Part shown: piece by piece, positions 1 through 10,001 of the stretch
How positions within the stretch are numbered: the first letter of the stretch is position 1
Layout of the letters: every line of letters begins with the position of its first letter
NCBI GenBank assembly: GCA_963828525.1
Contig: CAWHEP010000008.1
Coordinates: 224,001 to 288,000, forward strand
Direction: 5' to 3'
Source of the DNA: an uncultured Verrucomicrobiae bacterium
Lineage (GTDB): Bacteria; Verrucomicrobiota; Verrucomicrobiia; Chthoniobacterales; Chthoniobacteraceae
DNA length: 64,000 nt
The notes under the pieces: model-generated
Seen by the model: only the letters and a program-made list of their open reading frames with translations
What the model was told of the DNA's origin: nothing
Database searches by the model: none
Translations under genes and position numbers: made by a program

Positions 1-1490
1 GGCGACGGCGATGAAGATCGAGAAGACGACGAGTGTGGTCGCCTGCGGAGCGAATGCAAATCCCAGAGCGGGTCCGAGGAAGGGGGCGGTGCAGGGAGTG
101 GCCAGCAATGTTGCAAACATGCCGTGGAAAAACGCGCCGGTGTATCCTTCGCGGTCAGCGAGATCCATCGCCTTGTTCCCGACTGTGTTCGGCAGGAACA
201 CTTCGAACACGCCGAAGAGGTTAAGGGCAAATACAAAGAGGATCGCGCTCATTGCCACGAGGCAATAAGGATTCTGGAACTGCGAAGACCAATTGAAATC
301 GCGTCCGACAAGTTTGAAGACGGAAAGCAGGGCCGCCAGTCCAATAAACCAGGCAAAGATTCCCGCTACGAAAGCCAGACCCAGGCGGAACACTTTTTCA
401 GGGGCCTCGCCGGCTTGTTTGATGAAGCCAAAGATTTTGAGCGCTATCACCGGCAGAACGCACGGCATCAAGTTCAGGATGAAGCCGCCGATGAAGCCGA
501 ATACAAGGAACTTGAGCAAGCTACCGGAAGGCCGATGCGAGGTCGTTTTTCCGGAATGATCTCCAGCGCCCGGGCGCCTGACCCAACTGATGTGGGAGAA
601 GGCGCAACACCCGCCTCGGGTTGGAAAACGGACCATCCCGCGGTCGCTCCATCGGGTGACCGAATAGCAACGACAGCGTCCACTTGCGGGTTTGTGGCAG
701 AATCATCGCGATGGGCCGGGATGGTGAACGTAATGCTGTCACCATTCACTCCCTTCTTGGGATGCTCCACCGAAGTGCCCTGGCGCGGGAGCGGAAGAAG
801 GTCGACCGCCCCGCTGGCTCCCTTGACGTCGAGCGTGACCGCTGTCGGCGTTGTCGACCACCTGGCGGTAAATGGCATTCCCGAGGATTGCGGCAGCAGC
901 GCGCGATACTTTGCGAAGAGGTAAGCGTCCGGGGAGGCGCCTCCTTCCCCAACCTTGAGAGCGAGGGCGAGATCGGCCTTTCCGGGGACACAACTCTTTT
1001 CGCAGACCAGCCATGACGCCGAGGCGTTGACAATGACTTCTTGCCCTTGGAGCTGGGCTGGAGGCGTAATCTCCGCAAGCAGCATCACTTCGTCATTGTA
1101 AACGTACGTCTGAAGATCGCCCTCGTCGTCCTCGCGAACCGGCAGCGGCCACTGGAGAGCACCCGCTGTAAACCCCGGGGGCAGCCGCCAGTCAATCTTT
1201 GTAGGCAACCCGGAATCGCCCGGATACTCCCAGTAGGTATGCCAGCCCGGTTGCATCTTGAGAAGAAGCCCAACCGCGAAAGGCTTTCCGGGGGTAACTG
1301 AGGAGTTTTCGGCAACCAATTTTGCCACCACGAGTTGAGCGCCATCATGCATCTGCGCCTGAGACAAAGGCGGAAGAGCGAAGCAAAGGGCCCAGATGAG
1401 ATTGAGGCAATGCGCTAGAGCGCGACGCGAAAACAAATCACCGCGACGCCCGAGGCTCGCAAACGCGGAACAAAACCGACCTGAAATCAC
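1..1490 (-). CDS. dsbD: Protein-disulfide reductase DsbD family (N-terminal Ig-like domain + TM domain); one frameshift at about 520-620; runs off the window start
   Basis: ORF 474..1490 has GWHTYW..PGDSG and the CEKSC cysteine pair of the DsbD N-domain. A different minus frame below about 550 reads FGFIGGFILNLMPCVLPVIALKI and ATLLATPCTAPFLGPALGFA, the two Cys motifs of the DsbD TM domain. Confidence 0.88.
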
Positions 1491-2536
1491 CGCCCCATTC
1501 CGACAGGCACTTGATGCCCATGGAGCGAATCCGTGTCTTTACGCGCCCGAGCAAGAGTAGTAAACACGTCGCGAGTCTCGGAGGGGGCAGGCGGCTGACC
1601 AGCCTCGACCTGGATCGTTATCTCCTTGCCATCCCGTAAAACGATAAGGGGAACGTGGTCTCCCGCTGTCAGGTAAAATGAGGCGCTTACCACATCTTCC
1701 GCGCTGTTGACTTTGATGCCGCCAACGCGCAGAAGGGCATCCCCCTTCTTCAACCCGGAGTTGGTCGCGGGCGATCCGTCGAGGATGTCCTTTACCTGCA
1801 CTGGCCCCTTGCCTCCCGGGCAGTTGACCACAGTGATCCCCATCCAGCCCGGCCTCACTTCCCCAAAGCGCAGAAAGTCATGGTAAGCCTTCTCCGCCGC
1901 TTCGATCGGCAGGGCGAAACATTCCCCTTCTCGCTCGCTTCGGCTAATAAGCACGCCAACAACCTCTCCCTTAAGGTTTAGAAGCGGCGCGCCACCTTCC
2001 CCGCGTTCGACCGGCAGATTGGCACAGATATGGCCGTTGGTGAATTCACCCACCGTTCCAAAATTAGAAGTGACGGAGAGATCCAGCGGGTATCCAACAA
2101 CGATGACGGGCGAGGCAACGGACAGCTCCGAGCTGTTGCCTTCGGTGAGAAAAGGTGTTCGCGCTTTCACCCGCAGAATCGCTATGCCGCTTCGCGGGTC
2201 TCCCAGGATGCGCTCCGCGGGGTACTTTGCGTCGCCCTGGCATACCACGATATTCCACGACTCTCCGCCTATGGTATATGACGTGAAGATTGTTCCGTTC
2301 GGATCCATGTAGAATCCGGAACCTGCCAGCTCTCCGTTCTTATCCGAGGCTCTGATCGCGACGACGGCACCCTTATGATGCTCAAAAATGGTGTTTGCTT
2401 CCCTCTTGATGGCCTCAAGGACGTCTCCAGCAGACGCGCAGCGGCAGAAGGTGACGAAAAGCGAAGAAACGAGGAGAGCCGCCCGCGTCAGTCTTTTGAC
2501 ACGAAAACTAGAAGCTAAACGAAGGCTGCTGCTCAT
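1487..2536 (-). CDS. HtrA/DegP-like S1C trypsin-fold + PDZ protein lacking the catalytic triad
   Basis: GSGF, GxPL and GAPLLNLKGEVVGV trypsin-like segments; C-terminal PDZ (GWMGI...GSPA..SGLKKGD). The triad positions read TSYTI, RSGIA and GEGG. The start may be further downstream. Confidence 0.85.
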   Translation of the reverse strand: MSSSLRLASSFRVKRLTRAALLVSSLFVTFCRCASAGDVLEAIKREANTIFEHHKGAVVAIRASDKNGELAGSGFYMDPNGTIFTSYTIGGESWNIVVCQGDAKYPAERILGDPRSGIAILRVKARTPFLTEGNSSELSVASPVIVVGYPLDLSVTSNFGTVGEFTNGHICANLPVERGEGGAPLLNLKGEVVGVLISRSEREGECFALPIEAAEKAYHDFLRFGEVRPGWMGITVVNCPGGKGPVQVKDILDGSPATNSGLKKGDALLRVGGIKVNSAEDVVSASFYLTAGDHVPLIVLRDGKEITIQVEAGQPPAPSETRDVFTTLARARKDTDSLHGHQVPVGMGR

Positions 2537-2918
2537 AGCTGACCGGAACCGTATCTATAACATAACGGGGATGATCCGCCACCGCATAGGCATGAGCTGC
2601 CTGGATTGTCTGCGGGAAAGGCGTTCCCTCCGCCTTTGCGACTTTAATGCCGTCCTGGAGAGGAACCGAAACGTTCACCGCTCCAAAGAAGACAATGATC
2701 GCGGCAGCGACTGCCGCTCCATAACTGAGTACTCCGGGAACCTGCTCGCCAAAAAACGCGTTCGCGCGATCCAGCATGATTCGCCAAAGTGGCTGACGGA
2801 GGAGTTCGGCTCGCTGGCGCCGATGAAAGTCCCGAAGAAATCCGTCAAAATATTCCGGCGAGGGCTGCTCGTAACGCTTCAACCTGAGCAGCTTTGAGAT
2901 GTCATCCATTTCAGGCAT
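2508..2918 (-). CDS. Putative single-pass anti-sigma factor
   Basis: Lies directly downstream of the ECF sigma; basic N-terminal helical segment, one TM helix (YGAAVAAAIIVFFGAV) and a short C-terminal tail ending SFSF. Confidence 0.65.
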   Translation of the reverse strand: MPEMDDISKLLRLKRYEQPSPEYFDGFLRDFHRRQRAELLRQPLWRIMLDRANAFFGEQVPGVLSYGAAVAAAIIVFFGAVNVSVPLQDGIKVAKAEGTPFPQTIQAAHAYAVADHPRYVIDTVPVSYEQQPSFSF

Positions 2919-2928
2919 TGCTTAGACT

Positions 2929-3516
2929 TTACTTCGCGCGGAATTCTTCAAGATAATTCTGCAATTGACGATGCGCGTAGAAGAGGCGGGAGCGAACGGT
3001 TCCCTCTGAGATTCCCAAGACTTTGCTAATTTCTGCATGAGGCATTCCCTGTACGTCGAACATCGTTACTACAGCTCTATGCTCGTATGACAGCTTCATC
3101 ATCGCTTCGTTCAATCTTTGCTGAAGCTCCTTCAGGTCCGCTTCGCGGATTGGATTACTGCCCGAGGTGGACTCTATGAACTCTTTGTCGTTCTGGATGT
3201 TTGCGTCCACGTCATCCAGGCTCAATTGAAAATGACGGCCTCTCTTCTTCAAGAAATTGATCGTCATGTTCACGCCAATGGAGTGAATCCAGGTGTAGAA
3301 ACTCGACTTCCCACGGAACCCCTTTATCGATCGATACGCCTTTGCGAACACGTCCTGGAGAAGGTCATTCGTGTCTTCGTGGTTGGAGGTCATGTTGTAA
3401 ACGAGGCTGTACAGCCGGGTGCTGTATTTTTTCACCAGCTCATCAAAAGCCGCCACATCGCCCGCCTGGGTGCGGGCGATCAAATCGTTGTCAACCTTGC
3501 GGGGGTCCTCGTCCAT
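2929..3516 (-). CDS. ECF sigma-70 factor (RpoE/SigW-like)
   Basis: Region 2 DLLQDVFAKAY..FRGKSSFYTWI and region 4 EISKVLGISEGTVRSRLFYAH. Confidence 0.95.
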   Translation of the reverse strand: MDEDPRKVDNDLIARTQAGDVAAFDELVKKYSTRLYSLVYNMTSNHEDTNDLLQDVFAKAYRSIKGFRGKSSFYTWIHSIGVNMTINFLKKRGRHFQLSLDDVDANIQNDKEFIESTSGSNPIREADLKELQQRLNEAMMKLSYEHRAVVTMFDVQGMPHAEISKVLGISEGTVRSRLFYAHRQLQNYLEEFRAK

Positions 3517-3649
3517 TCCAGATGCAATAAGCTCCCGAAAGCTTTCCAGCTTTTCGTTTTCAGGGGAATCTTTAATCCTTCGGTCTCGTGAAGGAACAAG
3601 ATTTAGGCCTGCGTCGCTTCAGGGCGGGAGCGCCCGTGTAATGGCGCGC

Positions 3650-4918
3650 TCAGTCCGGCAGGGACTGGCCTCGGGTCTCCGGAGCGAACCAGATGATGAG
3701 CATGCCGAAAATGTAGATGAGTGTGACGGTTGAGCCCGCGCCGGCGTAGCCGACCTTATGGGACTGCATGAGCTGCCCCATCAGAACTGCCCCCGCCGCG
3801 GCAAGAAACCGGCCTGAGTTATACCCGATGCCTTGCGCGGTCGCCCGGACGCGAGTGGGGAAGAGTTCGGGGAAATAAAGCGGAATCCAGCCGTAGTAAG
3901 CCGCTGTCACCGCGCCGACAAGGAATGTGAGCAGAAGAAACGCCGGAGTGTATGAATGGATCACGCGAAAGAGAACGGCGCATGAGATGAGCGAGGCGAC
4001 AGATATCCAGAAGTAGGCAATCCTCCGTCCGAGCCGCGCGCCCATCCACGCCCCCAGCATACACCCGAGGACCGAGCCGAGAGCAGAGGCCAGGCCAGTA
4101 TATCCCTTCGCGCCCGGCTGGCCAGGCCCTGCCATCTGGTCGGCCCATAGCGGCAGCCACTGCACGGTTCCCCAGGTTCCAACAAGGGCCACGGAAGCGA
4201 GAGCAATGGCCAAAAGGGTCCTTCGCAGCAATGGCCGTCTAAACAGCTCTCCGAGCGGGTGAGGAGTGCCGTGCTCCTTGACTTCGCGCTCCCACCTTTC
4301 GGATTCCGGCACAAACATCCGGATGAAGAGCGTGAGCACGGCAGGCGCGGCTCCCACGAGCATTAGCCATCGCCATGAACTATTCGTGACCGGGAAGAAG
4401 ATGGTGATTGCGGCAATGGCGCCGGTACCAACGTTCACCGCCGCTCCAATGATGCCCGCCATGAGGGGACGCTTGTCCCTTGGCCACGTCTCCATGACGA
4501 GGGCCACGCCCAGCGACCACTCGCCACCCATGCCAAGGGCAGAGACGAAACGGAAGAGCCCCAGTTGCCAGGGGGCCTGGGAAAAATAGCCAAGGCCGGT
4601 GAAGAGAGAATAGCAGAGGATGCTGACCGTCATCGCGCGAACACGACCGATTCGGTCTCCGAGCCACCCAAACAGCAGTCCCCCGAAAGCGGCGCCGATC
4701 AGAAACAAGGCAGTGATACGGCCCATCCAGAGAGCTGTGAATTGATCATTGAAAGCACCGGCAGCGCCTCCCATTTCGTGGAGAGCCGGGCGAGCGACGA
4801 GCGGAAAGAGACCCATCTCGATGCCGTCAAACATCCAGCCCAGGAACGCGGCCAGAAGGACCAGCCACAACCGACGGCGCGTTGCGCGCGCCTCGTGATC
4901 CAGGTTGCCGCCGGGCAT
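3650..4918 (-). CDS. MFS transporter (organic acid/sugar acid type)
   Basis: About 12 hydrophobic segments, motif A GWLGDRIGR, GMGGEW and ELFPTRVRATA. Confidence 0.93.
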   Translation of the reverse strand: MPGGNLDHEARATRRRLWLVLLAAFLGWMFDGIEMGLFPLVARPALHEMGGAAGAFNDQFTALWMGRITALFLIGAAFGGLLFGWLGDRIGRVRAMTVSILCYSLFTGLGYFSQAPWQLGLFRFVSALGMGGEWSLGVALVMETWPRDKRPLMAGIIGAAVNVGTGAIAAITIFFPVTNSSWRWLMLVGAAPAVLTLFIRMFVPESERWEREVKEHGTPHPLGELFRRPLLRRTLLAIALASVALVGTWGTVQWLPLWADQMAGPGQPGAKGYTGLASALGSVLGCMLGAWMGARLGRRIAYFWISVASLISCAVLFRVIHSYTPAFLLLTFLVGAVTAAYYGWIPLYFPELFPTRVRATAQGIGYNSGRFLAAAGAVLMGQLMQSHKVGYAGAGSTVTLIYIFGMLIIWFAPETRGQSLPD

Positions 4919-4920
4919 GG

Positions 4921-6459
4921 CTATTTCGGGATACGAAGCAGCGTGTACGCTATGCGCGGATTAAGAACAGGCGTCCCGCTTGCAGAAGTCAATTTTGAGA
5001 GATCGAACTGGTAGATGAGGTTCGGCTTGAAGTCCGGCAGCGTGAGATCGGCTTCGCGCCTGTCACTCGAGAGAGCGACCGCGCCTATGTGAACGTCCTC
5101 CTTTTCGACCTCTGGAGAGCCATACGCGGCATGATAGAGATAGGTGTAGCGGCGCGCCACCCAGAGGGCGGCATTGGAAACATTCGGGTTTAGCGGGGCG
5201 GTAAATGAAAACCGGAAACCATGCGGAGTAACGCGCATGTGGAGAGGATCAAACACCGGAGCCGCCGTAGGCTGCACATATGAAATGCCTTCCGCGCCGG
5301 GCCACGCGAGGTGAGTGCGTCCGACCCAAAGGGTGCTGCCGATGAAGGCGAGCCGATGAAGGCCCGTCTGCAACTCGGGCGAATCAATGAAGGGGATGCA
5401 TGCTCCCTGCCAAACGCCTTCAATGTTCTCCGGCAGGACCCGCAATAGTCTGGGCGCGTTCATCTCGCCTATGACCATCTGGCCTCCAAAAGGCCCCCAC
5501 TCCGGCAGCTTCGGGATGATCAGCATCTGTGTGGCGGAGTTGACGAAAGTTCCATAGGGAAACTGAATCGCAGGCGGAATGCGCTCTTCCAGCAGTTTGC
5601 TGACTGGTATCTTCAGAGGATCACCGCCGTTCCAGCCAGGACGCCATACGAGACTGGCGGGGTGTCCATAGAAGCCGCCTTGACGGACAAATTTCAATTC
5701 GCACGCGCCAAGCCAGTCTCCCTGATTGTCCGAGACCACCAGGGTGCCAGATGAATCGAAGCCAATCCCATCGGGCGATCTGAATCCATAGGCAAAGGGC
5801 ACCGCCTGCCCGCTGGCCGGATCGATTTCCATGATACATCCTCTATACGGGACCCTGGAGTACATCCTGCCCGCTTGCTTCTTGACGGAATTCCACGTTT
5901 CCTTCGCAAACTGCTCCCTCGGGACGCCAATCGGACACCACTCACCGCGTACTTCACTATTCACGGTGTCGCCGTTCGAGGCGAGATTGAGCGAAACGTA
6001 TAACTTGCCGTTGGAGCCTCGGACCGGGCCGTAGGCGAATTCATGGTAGTTGCCCGATATGCCGAACCCGTCCCAGACGGTTTGATAAGTATCAGCAACG
6101 CCGCGACCACTGGAATCCTTCAAGCGGGTCAGCTCCGGCCTTTGCATCACGAGAAGACTTCCATCTTTCTCTGGAAGGATGCCGAGGGGTTCATGGAGGC
6201 CTTCGGCGAAGATTTTCCATGTTCCCGCCTTGGGATCGTAAAATGCGATCTGCCCTTGGTCAAAACCTACGGCGAGCCTGCCGTCGGGCATGGGCGCGAG
6301 AGCGCCAACCTGAGGGTCTACGCCCCCTGGCGTAGGTATGGACTTGATCGTGTAGTAGGGATCAACCGGGGCAGCTACATATTGCCTGGGTTTGCCAGCG
6401 TGAGCGCTGACGGCGCCCAGCAGGAGGGTGAAAAGAAGAAGTTGAGGACGCCTCATCAC
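4921..6459 (-). CDS. Secreted PVC-type beta-propeller dehydrogenase-like protein (glucose/sorbosone dehydrogenase-like), no heme c motif
   Basis: Signal peptide; GLHEPLG, GNYHEFAYGP, GFRSPDG, DNQGDW and GGFYGHP motifs; no CxxCH. Confidence 0.75.
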   Translation of the reverse strand: MMRRPQLLLFTLLLGAVSAHAGKPRQYVAAPVDPYYTIKSIPTPGGVDPQVGALAPMPDGRLAVGFDQGQIAFYDPKAGTWKIFAEGLHEPLGILPEKDGSLLVMQRPELTRLKDSSGRGVADTYQTVWDGFGISGNYHEFAYGPVRGSNGKLYVSLNLASNGDTVNSEVRGEWCPIGVPREQFAKETWNSVKKQAGRMYSRVPYRGCIMEIDPASGQAVPFAYGFRSPDGIGFDSSGTLVVSDNQGDWLGACELKFVRQGGFYGHPASLVWRPGWNGGDPLKIPVSKLLEERIPPAIQFPYGTFVNSATQMLIIPKLPEWGPFGGQMVIGEMNAPRLLRVLPENIEGVWQGACIPFIDSPELQTGLHRLAFIGSTLWVGRTHLAWPGAEGISYVQPTAAPVFDPLHMRVTPHGFRFSFTAPLNPNVSNAALWVARRYTYLYHAAYGSPEVEKEDVHIGAVALSSDRREADLTLPDFKPNLIYQFDLSKLTSASGTPVLNPRIAYTLLRIPK

Positions 6460-7598
6460 TTGCGAATAGCGGCGGCGGAAGGTTCAAGATGCACGGTGAA
6501 CTTCGCGGCTTGGGATGCTGGAATCGACAGCACTTTTCCGTTCCGCCTGCCCACCGAGCAGGTCGCGGCGCCGTCCCCGGCGCCGACATCGATGGAGACC
6601 TCTGCCGGTGGGTTCGTGAAGCTGAAATTCCATTCAACGGCTCCGGAAGAGGCGTTTGCAGTGAGACGCTCAGAGACTTCCAGCACGCCGGAGCGCCAAT
6701 GAAATTCCGGATTTCCGCCGCTGACAGTGTAGCCTAAAAACTTGGGAGACGAGGCGGGCTTGCCACCGAACAAAATTGGCGGAACGGGTTTCCCAGTTGA
6801 CCACCATGGAGCGGAGGGGACCACAGCGAGAGCCTTTCCGTTTCCCTTCCAGTGCGCGCTGGCATCTATGAAATCCCCGAACCAGACATACCGCAAGCGG
6901 CAGATTCCCGCATCCCAGCAAAAATTCTCTTTACCAGGAAGAGCGACCGCGATAGCGGCCGGACCCGCGTCCGGCATAAAAATGCGCTGAACATAAGGAC
7001 GTCTGCCGCCGCCGGGAATGGCTGCCAGCGTGGATTGAAGAGGAATGTTCGTGTCCTTGGCAAGCCGGGGCATCGAGACCCCGGAGTAGATCGCCCCATA
7101 CATCACCATGCCGTGGCCGGGGAAGGTGCAAACGTATGGATAGATCCCGGGAGCCGGAGGCATCTTGAACTTCACGATGAAATCCTTGTCAGGCTCAACG
7201 AGGGAACTGTGAACAATGAGATCAGAACTGTCTGGAATGAAGCTTTGCCTTGTACCGTTCTCTCCAAGGGCTAATGCTTGCTGAACATAAGCCTGCCGGG
7301 TTCCCGGTTTGAGGACGGAGAAGTTGTGCGACTGGTGTGTGGAGTCGGTGTTCTTCAGTTCGACGGTGACTTCCTGTCCCGGAGTCGCCGAGAACCGGGG
7401 AGGCTCGAACCGAAGGCCATCCGTCATTTCCATCCTGACGAGCATGGGGCCTTTCAAGGGTCCAGACTTCACCTCCCCCTCGTCTTTGTCCGCAGGCGCT
7501 TCTGCCGCCGTCAGAATCCGCGCGAAGAACGAAAGCGAGACAAGGAATAGGAGGTGTTTGCGCAAGGGGAGAATCATTCCTCCACGAAAGGAGGACAC
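6456..7598 (-). CDS. Secreted blue copper (azurin/auracyanin-like) protein with an extra C-terminal domain
   Basis: Type-1 Cu ligands SHNF...CTFPGHGMVM; signal peptide; C-terminal RIFMPDAGPAAIAV...WDAGICRLRYVW domain; 4-nt overlap with the next gene. Confidence 0.85.
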   Translation of the reverse strand: MSSFRGGMILPLRKHLLFLVSLSFFARILTAAEAPADKDEGEVKSGPLKGPMLVRMEMTDGLRFEPPRFSATPGQEVTVELKNTDSTHQSHNFSVLKPGTRQAYVQQALALGENGTRQSFIPDSSDLIVHSSLVEPDKDFIVKFKMPPAPGIYPYVCTFPGHGMVMYGAIYSGVSMPRLAKDTNIPLQSTLAAIPGGGRRPYVQRIFMPDAGPAAIAVALPGKENFCWDAGICRLRYVWFGDFIDASAHWKGNGKALAVVPSAPWWSTGKPVPPILFGGKPASSPKFLGYTVSGGNPEFHWRSGVLEVSERLTANASSGAVEWNFSFTNPPAEVSIDVGAGDGAATCSVGRRNGKVLSIPASQAAKFTVHLEPSAAAIRK

Positions 7599-7699
7599 GA
7601 TTCAACAGCAAAAAGAGAAAATCTCCACTCGGCGCAACGGGCGGCAGCCGCAGAACGCCACTCCGCTGCTGCCACCCCTCACGATTTTGCTTGCTGAAA

Positions 7700-8170
7700 C
7701 TAGTGGACGGCTTCCGCAAGGCGACAGGGCGACTCGGCCCAGACATCCAGACCTTCCCCTGTTTCGAGGTATGACTTCAAGCTGGAGACAACGCGCGGCC
7801 AGCCCCACGCAACCTTGGCGGGCATGCTCGAATCCTCCTTAAATGCGCTGTGGGTAACTGTAAGGCATACCATACCTTCGAAGGGCTCGATATCGAAGCT
7901 GACGCGGGACGCTTCCTGAGTGTCGTCAGGATCCACCCATGTCAGCACCAGAAGTGTTGGCGGGATGATGTCGACGACTTTACCTGTCACTCTCACTTCG
8001 CCCTTCTCACCCGCGGAGACGAGCTGCCATCCAGAACCTTTCGTCCAGTCCGAGACACATCCGTTACCGCCCCAGTATTGGCGCGCAAATTCAGGGTTGG
8101 TAATGGCAGCCCACAGCTTTTCCGGCGTGGTTTTGATATAGGTCGTATAGATTTGGTCGGGTTTACTCAT
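7700..8170 (-). CDS. SRPBCC/AHSA1 (START-like) domain protein
   Basis: YTTYIKTTPEKLWAAITNPEF and GWPRVVSSLKSYLETG; paired with an ArsR gene. Confidence 0.9.
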   Translation of the reverse strand: MSKPDQIYTTYIKTTPEKLWAAITNPEFARQYWGGNGCVSDWTKGSGWQLVSAGEKGEVRVTGKVVDIIPPTLLVLTWVDPDDTQEASRVSFDIEPFEGMVCLTVTHSAFKEDSSMPAKVAWGWPRVVSSLKSYLETGEGLDVWAESPCRLAEAVH

Positions 8171-8480
8171 GATCATTGTCCTTTAGTGCTTGTTTTAGGT
8201 TGTCGAGGGCCTGAACCCTCCGTTGTTCAAACTTGCCGATCCAACGGGTGTAAATCTCGTGGATCGGCACTGGATTCAGGTAATGCAGCTTCTCGCGTCC
8301 CCGCCGGACGGTGGTAACCAGGTTAGCTGACTCAAGGAGAGCCAGATGCTTGGTCACCGCCTGCCGGCTCATGGCGAGGCACCCGCACAATTCGCCGAGC
8401 GTTTGTCCGTTACTCCTGTGGAGTTGATCGAGCAATTCGCGACGGCTCTTATCAGCGAGCGCTTTAAAGACTGCTTCCAT
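8163..8480 (-). CDS. ArsR/SmtB family transcriptional regulator
   Basis: VFKALADKSRRELL, SRQAVTKHLALLESANLV and GREKLHYLNP; likely ATG at 8480. Confidence 0.93.
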   Translation of the reverse strand: MEAVFKALADKSRRELLDQLHRSNGQTLGELCGCLAMSRQAVTKHLALLESANLVTTVRRGREKLHYLNPVPIHEIYTRWIGKFEQRRVQALDNLKQALKDNDHE

Positions 8481-8490
8481 AACGGACAAT

Positions 8491-8510
8491 ATGCAACCTA
8501 ATGGTTGCAT
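8491..8510. promoter_or_regulatory. Probable ArsR autoregulatory operator
   Basis: Perfect inverted repeat ATGCAACC-taat-GGTTGCAT 10 nt upstream of the ArsR ATG. Confidence 0.7.
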
Positions 8511-8636
8511 GTCAAATATTATATGTCCCCCAAGAGGATCTTTCATTCACCGGCCCCGCAGCCCGGACTTCGGTTCCGCCACTGGTATTTGAATGGCTGA
8601 CCCAGCCCACTCTGCTGTATCTGTTGCGGTGCCAGT

Positions 8637-9266
8637 ATGATCCAACCCGACCTGCTCCTCGAAGGCTACAGCAAAGGCATCTTCCCGATGGCGATGGAGA
8701 ACGGGGAGATTGGCTGGTTTTCGCCAGATCCCCGCGCAATCATCCCTCTGGAGCATTTCCACGTGCCCCATGGATTGAAGCGCGTCTTACGGAAGAGGCT
8801 ATTCCAGACGCGGTTGAATCACGCGTTCAGCGAAGTGATGCATGCTTGCGCGAATCGCGAAGAGACGTGGATCAGCGAGGAGATTATCGCCAGTTATTGC
8901 TCGCTGCATCGGCTCGGCTTTGCGCATTCGTTCGAGGCGTGGCAGGGCGGGCATCTCGTCGGCGGGTTGTACGGGGTGAGCCTTGGGGCGGCCTTTTTTG
9001 GAGAATCCATGTTTCACCTCGCCACGGACGCCTCAAAGGTGGCGCTGCATTTTCTAGTGCAAACACTGCGAAATAGCGGCTTTCAGCTCCTGGAAGTACA
9101 GTGGTTGACATCCCATCTTGAGACGTTTGGGGCGACAAACATAACGCGACGCGATTACCTCGCGCGGCTGGCGGCCTGCCTGAACGGAGTCGCGCCACGC
9201 AGACCGCTCGTACCGCCGGAGGAAGACTGCGCGGATGCCAGCACTACCGGGCAGGAACAGCACTGA
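8637..9266 (+). CDS. aat: Leucyl/phenylalanyl-tRNA--protein transferase
   Basis: GIFPM, WFSPDPRAII, ETWI, AHSFE, GGLYGV, FFGESMFH and DASKVAL. Confidence 0.96.
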   Translation: MIQPDLLLEGYSKGIFPMAMENGEIGWFSPDPRAIIPLEHFHVPHGLKRVLRKRLFQTRLNHAFSEVMHACANREETWISEEIIASYCSLHRLGFAHSFEAWQGGHLVGGLYGVSLGAAFFGESMFHLATDASKVALHFLVQTLRNSGFQLLEVQWLTSHLETFGATNITRRDYLARLAACLNGVAPRRPLVPPEEDCADASTTGQEQH

Positions 9267-9984
9267 CCGCTTCCAACGTTGGACGCAGCGCCTTCCACAC
9301 GGTTTCCGCGACGATCCGATGCCCTTCCTCGTTTGGATGGATGCGGTCTTGCTGGTTTAGCCCGGGAATGCCTCCGACCCCTTCCAGCAGAAAGGGAATG
9401 AGAACACTGTGGTTTTTCTCCGCGAGTTCCTGGAAAATCCGCCTAAAGCTCTCTGTGTAAACCATGCCGAAATTTGGCGGCAAACGCATCCCGGCAATGA
9501 TAATCGCCGCACTCGGGAAACGCGCTTTTACCGTAGTGATGATTGCTTGAAGATTGCCTCGTGTCGTTTCCACTGGAATGCCTCGCAAGCCATCATTGGC
9601 GCCCAGCTCGAGAATCATCACGTCGACGGGCTGGTGAAGGATCCACTTCAATCTGCGGAGACCGTCAGCGGAGGTGTCCCCACTGACCCCGGCATTGACG
9701 ACCTTGTCGCGCCAGCCAAGCTCGTCGATTTTGCTTTGCAACAAAGAAGGGAACGCCTTTGAAGGCTCGACTCCGTAGCCAGCAGTAATGCTATCCCCAA
9801 GGACTAGAATATTTTTCGGCGGGTTGCCAGCCGCGCGGAGGCTAAATTGCGTCATGGGCGAAAATATCGTAAGTGCCGTTGCGGCGAGCGGAACCATGGA
9901 CGAGCGCAGGAAAAACCGTTTGCTCCACCAGGAAAATTGAAGACTCATCACCCAAGAACAAAGCGTATCCCCGGAAAGCGGCAA
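9244..9984 (-). CDS. tesA: Arylesterase/acyl-CoA thioesterase I (SGNH/GDSL hydrolase); true start likely downstream
   Basis: GDSITAGYG, NAGVSGDT, ELGANDGLRG and DRIHPN. Confidence 0.9.
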   Translation of the reverse strand: MPLSGDTLCSWVMSLQFSWWSKRFFLRSSMVPLAATALTIFSPMTQFSLRAAGNPPKNILVLGDSITAGYGVEPSKAFPSLLQSKIDELGWRDKVVNAGVSGDTSADGLRRLKWILHQPVDVMILELGANDGLRGIPVETTRGNLQAIITTVKARFPSAAIIIAGMRLPPNFGMVYTESFRRIFQELAEKNHSVLIPFLLEGVGGIPGLNQQDRIHPNEEGHRIVAETVWKALRPTLEAVSAVPAR

Positions 9985-10001
9985 CCCCGATTGGGCTTTC
10001 G

